Shown: positions 1 to 13,800 of the stretch, piece by piece
Layout of the letters: every line of letters begins with the position of its first letter
How positions within the stretch are numbered: position 1 is the stretch's first letter
NCBI GenBank assembly: GCA_030265395.1
Contig: JARFYF010000051.1
Coordinates: 28,802,678-28,866,677, forward strand
DNA: 64,000 nucleotides
Reading direction: 5' to 3'
Origin: Rhina ancylostomus
Lineage: Eukaryota
Program-made: the position numbers and the translations under genes
The notes under the pieces: model-generated
Databases searched by the model: none
What the model was told of the DNA's origin: nothing
What the model saw: the letters and a program-made list of their open reading frames with translations, nothing else

Positions 1-541
1 CTCACTGGTCTGTAATTCCCTGGACTATCCCTACTACCTTTTATGAATAAGGGGACAACATTCGCCACCCTCCAATCATCCGGTACCATTCCCGTGGACA
101 ATGAGGACTCAAAGATCCTAGCCAACGGTAAGCAATCTCTTCCCTCTCCTCACGGAGCAGCCTGGGGAATATTCCATCAGGCCCCGGGGACTTACCTGTC
201 CTAACATTTTCTAACAGCTCCCACACATCCTCTCTCTTGATATCTACATGCTCTAGAACATTAACCTTACCAACACTGTCCTCAGAGTTATCAAGCCCCC
301 TCTCCTTGGTGAATACCGAAGAGAAGTATCCATTGAGGACCTCACCCACTTCTACAGCTTCCAGGCACATCTTCCCACCTTTGTCTCTAATCGGTCCTAC
401 CTCTACACTCATCATCCTTCTGCTCTTCACATAAGTGAAGAGAGCCTTGGGGTTTTCCTTAACCCTACTCACCAAGAGCTTTTCATGTCCCCTTCTTGCT
501 CTGCTCAGCCCCTTCTTAAGTTCCTTCCTTGCTACCCTCAT
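1..541 (-). mobile_element. CR1-clade LINE ORF2 fragment (pre-RT region), relatively intact
   Basis: ORF 41-541 reads ENPKALFTYVKSRR...VLNGYFSSVFTKE...KSPGPDGIFPRLLRE; after a frameshift it continues ANVVPLFIKGSRDSPGNYRPVS. Confidence 0.92.
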
Positions 542-3499
542 GAGCCTTATCTGATCCTTGCTGCCTTCTTCCTCCTAACTAATTGTGCCATGCTAAGGAA
601 TTGCTGTCTCTTAGTGGGATTTTCAGTGACAAATACTGAGATTCACAGCCAAAGAGTGCGACTTTCCGGGTGGAATGTTATGTCATTGCTTTCGAATAGA
701 CTCTCAACTTTGGTATATGGTGGCATTCTGGAGTCCCTGTTTTGGATGAAACCAGCACTTAATAGATGGTCTTAAAGCATACTCTGCAAATAATTACCAG
801 AAAATATGCTAATTCATACCATTGCACCTCAAATTCAAGTACACTTGCCCTTCTCTAACACAGTAAATTCTGGGAGGGAGGCCATTGAAGAAATAGTAAT
901 TCAAAGAATCAGATATTGTGTCTGTACCAGCTCTTCAGAAGAGCTGTTTGAAATTGCATTTAGTATCAGTGAGAAAGATGTGCCCTGAGTACAGAACTTT
1001 TGTGTCTGGAGCTGGACATGAACCTGGATCAGAACTTGAACCCAGAAAATTGGACTGAACCTGACATGGCTCTGGGTTGTAGGCCCAGTGTGACAGCCGG
1101 TTCCAGGCCAGCTGGGTCCCTGGTCCCAGACACCACTGTTCATTGGATGTGTCCCTGATTTGGCATGGGAAGGACCTAGGATTCAGGTGGATCATGGGAG
1201 GTGGGATGGGAGAAGCGAAGGGTTCACCTTTATCTCCACTTTGCTCCTCTGGGTCACTGGCAAAGTGAATTTGGGGCTCCTGAGGAAGTCTTGGGAAGCC
1301 AAGGGCCAACTGTGAGCTTAAGGGGCAAGCTACATATGCACAGAAGTTGGGTGTTTCCTGCCTGAACGTCAACAGTAACTCAGGGCTGGTATCTCACTGA
1401 CTGCACAGAACAATGATGTGTGAAATTAGACGAGCCATGTATTGGAGCATGAAATAGTGCACTAATGTATGAATCTCATGTCCAATGCATGAAACTTGAT
1501 GTGCTGGTTATGCTTTGCAAAAAAGGTACCAAAATTATTAATGCCCATGTTAAAATGAAGATAGAATGAGAACAAACATCCCCAAGAGTCAATTGCATCA
1601 CAATAATCCAGGGGTTTTCCTGCTGATCCACTCAGCCATTTAATTACTAAGTAATTTGCTTCATTTTGCAGTTCCAAATACAAAACAGTTGGCACCATTG
1701 GCTGTTGAGACATTCCTCCTCCTTTTGATGAATTTTTTTTTTTGCCTGTATTGGATACACATGTTAAATTTTTGCTTAAACTCTGAGAAGAATATTATTT
1801 GCATTCAATAGATCTATGTTACTGATGTTCAGCTGTGAAAAGCGTTTCAAAATAGAGGTTAATTTTCTAAGTAACCAAACGATAATCCGTGATGCTACTA
1901 ATACTTGATTGGTTGCTGTTTTACTTATAAATAATGAATATCCCCATAACTAAAGAGCAGGAGCACTTAACATTTGAAAATACAAAGTTCAGTAGCTTAT
2001 TCTCCTGCCGCCTGCTGTTACTAGTATAATCATCATTCTATAAATTCAGCAACTATGAGCTAAGGAAACAGGAAACAAGAATAAATTAACCATCCCAAAA
2101 ATATTGTTACCAACTGATAGGACTGGTGAATATTGGCATCAGAAATGTAGGTAAAGCTTTGTTGATTTAATTCTTTAAGAAACTACATGTCAAGAGGTGA
2201 CAGTGGTGAGCAGTTGACACAGGAAACATGGAGCTGAATAATGCCATCTGTGCTATTCCTGCATCCACACTCTTAGTTGCCCCATGGATCCAATCAAATT
2301 GGAGGTTTCACTGCTGTGACTGCCTTGCAAAGCAGAGCGGTCGGTCCACAAGTAGTGACTCGGTTCCAAGTAGAAGATCCTGATGCCACTTGACAGCCCT
2401 GCTGGCCTGCTGATAGTTCATTGCTGCCAAACATCTTTGAAATGCTTTTAAATGTCACAGATTCTCAGAGACCATTTACAAACAAGTCAGAAACATTTAT
2501 ATTTTTTTTAAATAGACAAAAATCTTAAAATAATACATTTCAAAAAGGAATGTAGTGAGCTCAAAGATACCAGCATCTGATTTCCAGCCTCATCCTGACC
2601 CTCTACATTGCTCTGCGCACCCTGTGGAATTAAAGAATGGAAGCTGTCCAGTGCACCACAGCGAGATGGAATTCTCCACTGCTCTGCCAGTTGCAAGTAG
2701 CATGATGTGGCCCATTACATTCTGCAGAGCATCTATTAACCATTCTAAGCATGAGTTGAAAGGATTGTATAATAGTCAAGAATCTCACTTCATAAACCTT
2801 TGGTCAGGGGTCAAATTCATTGAGCGTTACTCTCCTGGATTTTCTCATTTCCTACCTCAGGAGAACTTGGGTAGTTATTGTCAGAGCAAATGATAAACCT
2901 AATGGCCTGTCCTCATCCCAGACTCGTACATTCTGAATACATCTGTTTTTCACTCTTGGGTTGCTACGTCACAGAATCAAAAGAAATTATGGCTCAGTGT
3001 CAGTTTATTTTGTCCATACTGGCAGAAAATGAATTCTTGGGCCAAATTGTGTTAGCTGTGCACAGAGTTCCCACAGCAGCAAGTCTGGGATTTCCACATG
3101 GCATCCTACTGTGGACCCCANNNNNNNNNNNNNNNNNNNNNNNNNNNNNNNNNNNNNNNNNNNNNNNNNNNNNNNNNNNNNNNNNNNNNNNNNNNNNNNN
3201 NNNNNNNNNNNNNNNNNNNNCCCAGACATCCCAGGAATTCCTGGCATTATGTTGCGGAGGTGATGCTCGGATTCCGTGGCAGGATCCAAAACACAACTGA
3301 TTTTAATGGAGTTTATAGGGAACAGTTTTAGGACACAGCAGAGAAGTTAATGTACATTTTTAAAATAATTTTGAATTACATTAAGTATTTCTTGGTGTTT
3401 TAATCAACTATATAATTTTAAAAGAATATTTAAATCAATTGTCAGAGATATTTGAACACCACAAGCTATATTTTAATCTTGTACTATTCAACCAATAAA

Positions 3500-4210
3500 G
3501 GAAATTACTCTGTATCCCCACATCCATTCCCTTTTTTCTACCCTCCTGCAAACAGCAATCTGTCAATGTGTACCTTTTGGCTCATCTGTTCCTCCTTGAA
3601 CAGGGTCACCTAGACATCTCCCCTCATTGTCCTGTCACTTATTGTGTAGTGCCTTGCTGTGTTTGTGCTCCCTGAGTGCATTCTTTCACAATTCTCTGAA
3701 ATTAGTACCATGTGCCACTTTTCAGCTCACTAAACCAGTCTCTTGATGTCTTCCTGCAGACTCCCTTCCTACATCGCCATCAGCCATGTACCTTTTATTG
3801 TGTCATTTTGTATCACTTGACCATTTCATAATCATTCTACCTTTCATATGACTCACAAAAAGCAAAGCGTCTTCCATTAAACTCACTGAAATCAAAGTCA
3901 CTAAACACCCACCAACCATTACACTTTGTTACAACCAGTTTTGCCATTTTCCCATGGATTTTCACCTGTATCATCGCACTGACAGCCGTCAAGTGTCTAG
4001 TTAAAATCTAGCAAATATCCCTCCCTCCTCAAAAAGTTCAATCAAATGAGTCAGATATCACCTTCCCATATCAGATCCACGTTGATTTTCCTTGATTAAT
4101 CTGTGTCTTTCCAAGTGATAGCCCTCGGAATATTTCTCTGATAATTCTCCCAATCTCAGGGTTTGATTGTTCAGCTTGCAATTACTTGGTTATTCCTTTC
4201 TTCCTTTTTA
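3500..4210 (-). mobile_element. old CR1 LINE fragment
   Basis: Pyrimidine-rich reverse copy with CR1 RT-region remnants (tcagatatcaccttccc, ccacgttgattttccttgattaat, caattacttggttattcctttcttccttttt). Confidence 0.55.
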
Positions 4211-5049
4211 ATCCGTGTAGTTCCTTCATTTTGGAATGCTGGCAAATTGATTCTGAAAACAATGTGATTTAAAGAAATGTAAAAGAAAACAAAATTCATA
4301 TCCCAAAAATCCTCAAGGATACTTTATGAAAAATACAAGATTCAGTTCAGCTTTTCTACCAGTTGAAGAATAAGAATATTTATTCCCATTAAAGAATAAA
4401 AAATGTTACAATTTCATTTTGACGCCCAATGAGTATATAGTGTGACCATTACATTAAAAATTGTGATCTCCAGCAATCTATTAGGAATTGCCATTATTTA
4501 AAGGAATTATTTTCTTTTCTAGAAAAAGATCCATGTTGTTGAAGCAAAACATAGTGTGCTTATTTCAAGGTCACTCTATTCTCCCCTTTTCATTTCATTC
4601 ATTTTCAACTGTTGCCTTAGCAACAGTTTTTCTCAATAGTCAGAATGAGGTGTTTTCACCAAATCATTTTCTTAGAAAATGGAGATGAGAGTTTAATCCT
4701 ACATGCTTACTGAGAATGCAAGTCATTTTAGAGTTATTTCACCACACCATCATAGTTAAAATATTAGACACAATTGAGAACTAAATTACTTGTTCTTCAA
4801 TTTTCTTCTGAAATTCTGAAACTGGGGATGATTATTGCTGCTACCATTAGGATCTTGCTGAGTTTCATTCTTCAGTGATTGTTCATCATCACACTCCATG
4901 TTTAATGTTTATGGCGCAAACACCAAATGTTGATGTTAAACTGCTTCATTTTATCCTTCTGTTACATTCATACCCACTGTAAATTCACATTGTAAATCGT
5001 AAGTATTTCTTGCAGGTGTATGGTTGCATAATTATTCTCCCCAATCAAC

Positions 5050-7265
5050 CTGTTTATCTGTCGATGATACTGTTGTGAAGAGAATACCCCATCTTCACAC
5101 AGAGACACCCTCTACCGTGTTTCATGGCATCACTGCCGTAGCCAGTGGGATAGATTAAAGACAAATCTCAGAGCTCCAAACTGGGCATCCACTCACCTTG
5201 TACTAATCCTAACTTAGTCGTCAGACCTGTAGAGAAGGGTGATGCCATTCTGGTCTGGCAGACTGACTTCTCCCTTGCAGAAGCCAAATGGCAGCTGTCA
5301 GACTCCTCCTCATACCTACTGCTGGACCGCAACCCCACCAGTGAACTCCAGGCCACTGTCTCCTGGACTGTCACAGATGTCATCACATCAGANNNNNNNN
5401 NNNNNNNNNNNNNNNNNNNNNNNNNNNNNNNNNNNNNNNNNNNNNNNNNNNNNNNNNNNNNNNNNNNNNNNNNNNNNNNNNNNNNNNNNNNNNNNNNNNN
5501 NNNNNNNNNNNNNNNNNNNNNNNNNNNNNNNNNNNNNNNNNNNNNNNCCAGAAGATCGTTTGTTGCCCCAGATCCCAGCATCTGGGGTCTCTTATGTCTC
5601 CATTGTACTACTCCACTGTGAAGTCTCTTCAAGGTATGCCGACTTTGAAGAAGTTTTCCTCTTTACTCCAATGGGAGCTCTCTGAGACCTTTCCTCACTG
5701 ACTGCCCTCTATGGTTTCCACTGTTTGCCAGCTCTTCAATCACGTCCTTACCAAGACTGGCTACCACAGCCACATATCCTTCCTCAGAGCCCTGATGCAG
5801 GGTTTCAACCAGAAACGTCAACAATTCCTTTCCTCCCACAGATGCTGCTCGACCCGCTGAGCTCCTCCAACAGATTGTTTGTGGCTCCACAGACTGGACT
5901 GTCCTGCTTTTGCCTCACCAAATGTATCTCCTTATGCCTTTAGTCTATGCCATCTCCCCTCCTCCGGTCCCTTCCCATCTACAGCCGGGACACCTCACTT
6001 GCCCTCCACAATTTTGACATCTTTCACTTTCCTGGCCCACACTGCCTCATCTTCACTTTACAAGTCCAGTCTTTATACACCTCCATCCCCCATCAGGAAG
6101 GTATTAGAACCTTTGCTTCTTTCTGGAACAAAGATCCAGCCAGTTTCCTTCCACCAACACTCTCCTCCACCTGACTGAACTTGTTCTTACCCTGAACAAC
6201 TTCTCTTTTTATTCCACTCACTTGCTTCAAATCAACGGTGTAGCTGTTGTGACCCCACTCACATGGCATCCCAGCTGCCCCTGTCTTTTTGTCGGCTATA
6301 TGGAACAGTCGTTGTTCCACACATTCTATGGTAACAATCCCCACCTCTTTCTCCATTACATTGACAACTGCATTGGTGTCACTTCCTGCATTCATGCCAA
6401 AATTGTCCATTTTATCACCCTCGCTACCAACTTCCACCTCTCCCTCGAACTCACCATTTCTGATACTTCTCTCCCTGTTCTGGATCTGTCTCCATCCCAG
6501 GAGACAAACTATCCATTGACATTTACTGTCAATCCACTGACTCCCATATATACCTTAACTACACCCTTCCCACCATCTCCAGTAAGGATGCCATCCCTTT
6601 CTTTCAGTTTCTCTGCCTCCACTGCATCTACTGTCAAGATGAGGCCTCCCATTCCAGAAGATATCAAATGTCTTCCTTTGTCAGGAAGTGTGGCTTCCCC
6701 CTACTGTGTTTGATGGAGCTCCCTCTTGCATTTCCTCCATTTCGTGGATGTCAGTTCTCACCCTGCCTCCCCCCAGACAGAACTGAGAGGGAGCCCCCTT
6801 GGTCCTCACCTTCCACCATATCAACCTTTGTCATTTTGACTAGCTGCAACAGAATCCCACCACCTGTCACACCTTGCCCTCCCCACCCCTTTCTGCTTTC
6901 CGCAGGGACCATTCTCTCAGTGACTCCCTAGGCCACCCATCCCCTAACACTTTCCCCTGCAACCTTTGTTCACATTCCTTATACCTATCATGCCCAGCCT
7001 TTGTCTCCCAAATCTACTCCTCCCTCTCATGGTTCCATCTGCCCAGCATCCCTCACTCCACCTATCAACCACTTGCCCCTGCATCACCCCCACTCCTCCC
7101 CCCTTTATACTGGCTATCCTTCCACCATGCTCTGTCCTGATGCAGGGTCTCGACCCAAAGTGTCAGCTATTCCTTTCCCTTCACAGATGCTGCCTGACCC
7201 ACTCAGTTTCTCCGGCAATTTGTTTTCTTACTCCAGATTCTAGCAACTGCAGTCTCTTGTGTATT
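5050..7265 (+). mobile_element. Penelope-like element (PLE), decayed RT with the GIY-YIG region largely deleted, plus short terminal repeats at about 5548, 5790 and 7136
   Basis: Frameshifted peptides RPVEKGDAILVW...EAKWQLSD, VQSLYTSIPHQEG, ELVLTLNNFS, CLFVGYMEQSLF, LFLHYIDNCIG (YIDD), NFH...ISDTSLPVLDLS. The ORF breaks off at TFPCN and ends in the repeat cctgatgcagggtctcgaccc...cacagatgctgcctgaccc. Confidence 0.85.
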
Positions 7266-7379
7266 CCATTACTTTATTATCCATCAGCAGGAGGACAAAT
7301 GTATTTCACCACCTGGTAAATCTGGCATGTGCTTAGCTTCAAGGAAGTTGGCTCTGGGGATCAGAAGCCAATATCGTCA

Positions 7380-8150
7380 GTCCTTGGACTTCATAGCAAC
7401 TGGTCTATACCTTGGGCCAATCGTCTTCACTGCTTCATGAATGACTTCCTTTCATTGTAAGGTCAAAGGTTTGGCTGTTCACTGATTATTATTGTGTATT
7501 CAGACTCATTTGCCATTTTAGCCTTTGCTTCCATGGCAACATCTAAACTTGATAAGTGACAAGTGATGCCAGGACAAGAATATTTCCATAAGGACAGAGT
7601 CCTACTACCCTTCTGGAATTCACTGGCATTAACTTAACCAAAATCTCTTCTGTCAATATCCTGGAGTCCCCTATAGCCCGTGGGTTTGACCACCCAAGAA
7701 ACACGGGCACCTTTGCAGGTCAGGGGCTGTTTATTGTTTGGTGAGTAGCTCAACTCCTGAGTCAAAATTCTAGTGAAATATTCTCCATTTGCCTTCAAAG
7801 CATCCAGCTACAAGAGCATTAAAGAAATTAGACACTGCCCAGGACAAACTAATCCCATCAATCATATTAATTATCTTCACCAATGCATCACACTCCAATA
7901 TGTTCTATCTATAAAATAAATGGTAGGAACTCACCAACATTCCTCCAAAACTCATGCCCTTCACCTCTCAGATGTTCAGGAAGAAAAGGCACGTGAGAAT
8001 TCCATCATTTCTAATTCCACACAACTGTGACTTGAGGATCCAAATGTCACTGGGTCAGAACTACGATTAAGTGTAATACTCAATGACCTCTTCACAAGGA
8101 AACCACAATAATACATTGATTGCCAGTGATTCACATATCGTAAAACTGAA
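7380..8150 (+). mobile_element. decayed CR1-like LINE, RT to 3' end
   Basis: Remnant of LGP.IF.CF.NDLPSI..S.V.LF(A)DD at about 7410-7490. Confidence 0.65.
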
Positions 8151-8959
8151 TTTTTTAGAAATAAGATTGGTGTTTTTTTGAATTTTGTATCATAAATACA
8201 TCATGAACTAGTATTTTCAAATAAACAAAGCTTGCACTTTACCGATATGCTCTCCAAGAAATTATGCATTGTAAAATTAGATTGGTTCATCTTTTAAGAT
8301 ATTGTTAACTGTAGTGGTGCTTATGATTTTGAATTGATTACAAACATGGGAAGTATTCTGTAATCATGAGCAAATCTGTTGCAATTTGTGATTCTATCAA
8401 ATATAAATAATTCTATTTTAGGCCTCTTTTTTGCAATCAGACCATTCTAAAGTTATAGCTCTCAATGAATTGATTACACAAGACTTTTGTTTGACCTCCT
8501 CCCACAAGCAGCATTTGTGATTTACCTTTTGCACATGAATGCAACAAAAGGATAAAAATGAAGTAGCTTAACATCAATATCTGGTGATTGCGCCATAAAG
8601 GATGAAAGATTACACAGGGAGTGTGATGGTCAACAAGTTCCACAAATCATTGAGAAATGAAACTCAGAAGATCTTGCTAATAGCAGCAGTAACAGTTTCC
8701 AGTTCAAGAAATTCGGAGGAAATTTGATGAATCCTCGGAGAAGATAATGTTCTCAATTTTGTTGCATGTTTCGAACTCAATGTCTTGCACATTTTTGAAT
8801 ATTGCTTTGCTGCTGATGTCACTGGAGCACAGTCACCTGCAAACTGATTTGTCCATAAGGTTTTTCCCTCCTCTTCTTTCCTCAGTATCCTGAGTCATTA
8901 CCATGGAAAATCTTTTTGTTAAAACTCATTTACACAATGTGGGCATTACCACAAGAACA

Positions 8960-10340
8960 CCATCTAATGTCCAGTAATAACTACTGCTGGGAAGCCAGTG
9001 GCGATATTGTCTTGAACTACTATGGTTCTTCTGGTGAAGGTACCCCCATAAAGCTGATGAGTAGAGAATTGACGGATTTAGATCCAGCAACAATGAGGCA
9101 ACTGGAATATATTCCCATGTCAGGATGGTGTGTAACTTAGAGGGGAATCTGCAAACAATTACATTTCCTTCTTTGTTTTATCAGAGAAGGATCTGGGCGA
9201 TCCTGTTGAAGAGGCCAGAATGGATGACTACAGTATATTTTGTAGCTGATACAGACTGTAGCCATGATCTGCCTGTGGTGGATGGAGTGAATGTTTAGGA
9301 TAGGGGGAATAGTGCCAGTTGAAAGGTTGCTTTGTCTGGATGGTTTTGTGGTTCTTTAGAGTTATTTTCATCCAGGCAACCGGAAGGTATTCCATTGTAT
9401 TCCTGACTTGTGACGTAGGTGATGGAATGTCTTTAGGAGCAAGGCCCCTGAGGCAGATACCCAGCTGTTGATATGTTTTTCTACCCACAGTGTAAGTTAC
9501 AGGTTTAATGGTGACATGTAGGATGATGGTAATGCTATTAAATATCATGAGTAGATCATCAGACCCTCCCTTGTTGATTGTCATTGCCTAGCACTGACGT
9601 TACTTGTCATGAACAGCTCTAGGTCTTGCTAACGTGCAGGCATGGACTGCTTCATTTTCTGAGTTGTGAATGGAATTGGACATCATGCAATCATTGGTGC
9701 ATATCTAACATCATGGAGGGAAGTCTATTGAATTAATTGATTACTTGGGCCTAGGGCATAACTTTGAGGAACTCCATGTCTTTAACTAAGATGATTGACC
9801 TCCAACAATTTCAGCATCTTCTTACACTGGGTTTGGCTCCAGGAAGTGGAGAAATTATCCCACGATTCCCATTGATTTCAATTTTACAAAGCTTTTGATG
9901 CCACACTTGATTAAATGCTGATGTCAAGTGTAGTCCCTCAGCTCACCTCCAGAATTCAGCTTTTTAATCCTTGTTTGAACCAAAGCTATTACGAGGTCTG
10001 CAACAGAAAGGCATAATCCAAACTGAGCAATGGTGAGGACTTTTTGGGGAAATGTCACTTCTTTAGCATTGTCAGTAGTACTCTCCATCACTGTGCTGAT
10101 GATTAACTGATGAGTAGTAATTAGTTGGATTTGATTTTCCTGTGTTTTGTGGACTGGATACATCTACATTGTTGAGTGAGTGCCAGTACTGCAGCTGGAC
10201 TGTCTTACAATCAAGATGTTCTCTGCTCCCATATCCTTTGCACTTTCAGCCATTTCTTGATAACACATGGACTAAATCAAATTCACTGACATTAAGGGAG
10301 CCAAAAAGGATCATCTATTTGGCCTTTCGTGTTTAAGGTG
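8960..10340 (-). mobile_element. decayed CR1-like LINE, same family as 7380-8150 but inverted
   Basis: Reverse strand shows GVPQ...LGP...LPS near 9710-9780 and DI.AF..VWHQ near 9895-9930. Confidence 0.7.
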
Positions 10341-11029
10341 ATTTCAAATGTTTGCTATACAAACCATCACATTGTGATTAGAAATATAATCAAGTGTAAC
10401 ATTCCAAAGATGGGAGTTCCTCTGCCCAGTCTTCTTACAGGGGACCAACTTCCAGGTGGTTGGAAAGTTTCTGCACTGAGTATCCTGCCATGCCCCTGAA
10501 TGCCCTGATAAAATATGATTCAGTAAATAGTGTAGAGGAATTATTTTGGTTTTAAAATCCATATTATAAATGCTTAAATCAAACTGAAAATGGAGTATGA
10601 CAGCTATGAACACTTACCTTTAGGTGCACATTGCAAGAAGGCTCCAATCATTTAATTTGTACTCAATTTACCTTGATTTACCTCAGCAGCATGCATCTTA
10701 CTGCTTATGAACAGCATTTGTAGTTTTACAGAATGTGGAATTTACAGAATCAGAGGTTGTAGCACAAGAAGGCTGATGCATCAAGTTAATGTTAGTTCTG
10801 TGTCAGAGTAATCCAGATAGACTCACTCCTCGCCCCATCCAAACAATATTTTTCCTTTCAAATACTGATTCAGATCCCTTTAAGGCCATGTAAAAAGTAT
10901 TTTTCTATGTAATTTTTGGTTTTACTATGTGCCATCTTCATTCTCTGTCTTCAGATTCTTGACCCTTTTGCCAATGAGATAACATTCTCTTTATCTACTC
11001 TGGAAAATACCTTAATCAGTCCAAACTGA

Positions 11030-11540
11030 TTTAGTTAAGCTATTTAAGGAAGGACGTTAATGCATTGGCAGCAGTTCAGAGAAACTNNNNNNNNTGGAAT
11101 GGGCAGGTTGTCTTATAAGGAATGATTGGATTGTCTAGGTTTGTGTACACTGGAATTTAGAAGAGGCTATGTAATTGAAACATACAAAATTCTGAACATC
11201 ATTACAGGGTGGATGTGGAAAGAATGTTTCCTTGTTGTCAGAAAAATCAGGCATTAGGAGAGTCACTGTTCAACAACAAGAAGTTGCCCCTTTAGGTGAA
11301 ATGTTTTCTTTTAGAGTGTTGTGAGACGTTATAACTCTTCCTCACAAGGATGGTGGAAGCAGACCCACTGAATTTAAGGCAGTAGAGGTAGATGGATAGT
11401 TAATGAACAAAGGGCTGAGAAGTTACAGTGAGTGGATGGGAATGCAGAGTGGAGGTTAAGATCAGATCAGCTATGATCTTAGTGAATGCAGATCAGGCAC
11501 AAGAAGCCAAGTGACCCACTTCATCTCTAAAGATGTATGT
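11030..11540 (+). mobile_element. CR1 LINE 3' fragment
   Basis: Typical CR1 3' end (atttaaggaaggacgttaatgcattgg...gttcagag; ttgaaacatacaaaattctg; gatcagatcagctatgatctta). Confidence 0.75.
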
Positions 11541-12299
11541 TCATGTTTCTCAGATGCCCTTGCAATGTCTGTTCCAAGGAGAACAAGCCCAGTTTTTCCA
11601 TTTTATCTGTTGGTGATTGGGCAGGAAATCTGAGAGAAGCTTGTTTTAGCAAATTAGTTCATAATATGGCAACCCTTCTCAGCAGTACCGGAGGGATCAT
11701 ATTCAGTGAATCTGTGTTGGCTATGATTATTGGTTCTGACACAGCTCGATTACCAAAAGAGTTTATTTGAGCTAATTAGAACCATGTACATAATCCACAC
11801 GGTGGAATTGTTAACTGGGAGTAGATCATTTATTTGAAGGGTACAGGCGTAGGGCTATAGTTGTGGCCGTCAGTCTAGTGATCAACTGGATCACAATAGA
11901 CGAAGTGGAATTCACAAATGGATGGTCGTAAATCAAGAGTGTTTTGATTCAGTTTGAGAATTATACATCCAGGCAGAAATAGAGAAAGGTAATTTTTCCA
12001 CAATGACAACTTACCTTCCCATTCTCCCGGCTCACTACTTGTGTCAAGCTGGGCTGGCACAAGTGGAATGGGAGCTGCTGCAGTTTAGGGAGAGTGCAGC
12101 AGTTGCAAGGTTATACTAAACTCCAAGCAGAAGTGCAAGGACAGGATTGTGGATGCAAGATGAATCAGAAGCCAGGTACTCCAGTTTACACGCCATAGAG
12201 TTCTGATCTTCCATGTAGAAAAGTGAGTAAGTGCAGCAATTACACATGTAACCACTGGCTTTTCATCCACAACAACATGAGTAGGAGTGACACAACACA

Positions 12300-13480
12300 G
12301 AATTTCACCTTCCTACCAAAGACACCTTCCATTGTGTTGTCTAGCACTGCAATTGTGCAAATAGAACAAACTCAGAATAGATCTGCTAGCTGAACACTGG
12401 CTGCCAGTGAGAAACTCCAGGCCATCAGCAGCAGCAGAAATTTACATCAATGCAATCTGTATCCTCATGGCCCATCATAACCCTCACTGTCATGTCAAGG
12501 ATTCACTGTTTCAATGAGCAGTGCAGAGGAGATGCAGGGAACCACATCAGGCATACCTAAAAATAATCCAAGGTTAGCGAAGCAGCAAATAATCTGCTGG
12601 TGGAACTGCAGCTCAGGCAGTATCTGCTCAGGGGAAGGTATTATCCTCTAGCAGATCATTTGTTGCTCCAGATTGCAACATTTGCAGTCTCTTGTGTTGC
12701 TAGGTTAGTAAAGCTGCAGTACAGGACTGCATCCATGCTAAACAGTAAAAATAGCATGCAAAGGACAGAGCTAAACAGTCACATAATGAATGGATCAGAT
12801 TAAAACTAATGTCCTGCTCAATCAGGTCATTAGCTATTTATTCATCCACTGTTAATGAGAAGAGGTTTTGAAACATTCTGCTCCTCATTGATGGCAGAGC
12901 CAGCATGAGTGCTAAAGACTAGGGTGAAGCCAAACAGTTGGGAAACCAGTGTTTAGTCAACTCAATTCATTCATCTGATATCAAGAAACAAAGGCTGAAA
13001 ACAGACAGCATTCTAGCTGTAGAATTGAAGACCTGCTGCCTGGAACTAGCTGATCTTTAGTTACAACACTGGTACCATCTGACAATGTGGAAAGTTGCTC
13101 ATGTGGATTGCTCACAAGAAGCAGGACAAATCCGGTTCAGCTAACTACCTCTCTATAAATCCATCCTCAATCATTAGAGTGATGGAAGGTGTTATCGACA
13201 GTGTTAAGGAGCACTTACTAATAACCTGTACAGTGATGCCTAGCTTGAGTGTCACTCAGATTATTTGTCTCCAGATCTCAAAGAGGGATCAAAGAGCTGA
13301 ATTCCAGGGGTGAGACAAGAGTGACTGGCCTCACTAGCAAGGCTGAATTTGACTGAGCATGTTATCAAGGAGCTCCATCAAATCTGAAGTCAAAGGACAT
13401 AAAGGGGATAATGCTCCAATGGTTGAAGTCATATGTTGCACAAGTGAGGATGTTGGTGGAGGTCAGAGCTCCTCAGTGTC
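12300..13480 (+). mobile_element. decayed CR1-like LINE ORF2 fragment, interrupted by a PLE terminal repeat at about 12575-12700
   Basis: Remnants FNEQCR, ELKTCCLELA, TMWKVA...HKKQDKS..ANY...SII..VMEGVIDS. Confidence 0.75.
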
Positions 13481-13519
13481 CCCAGACCCCATGCTATTGG
13501 CAAATCTGAATCATAATGG

Positions 13520-13800
13520 GTGAAGGTTCTTGAGAAGGTGCAGAAAACATTTACTAGAATTGTTCCAAGAACAAAGGACTTTGGATGCTAAGTCAGACTG
13601 AAGAAACTGAGCTCATTTCCCTTGGAGCAAAGAGGGTTGGGAGAAGATTTGAGAGTGCTGCACAAGGTTGTGGGTTAAATTGAGAAATGTTTCTTCCATA
13701 CCTGGCTGTTTCAGAGCATGGATTTACTGTTCAGGGCAAAAGGGGGATGAGAAGAACAAATGTTTATGGAGATAGTAGTTATATATCTGGAATTCTGTTT
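13520..13800 (+). mobile_element. CR1 LINE 3' fragment
   Basis: ttgagaaggtgcagaaaacatttactagaattgttcca...ttcccttggagcaaagagggttgggagaagattt. Confidence 0.65.
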
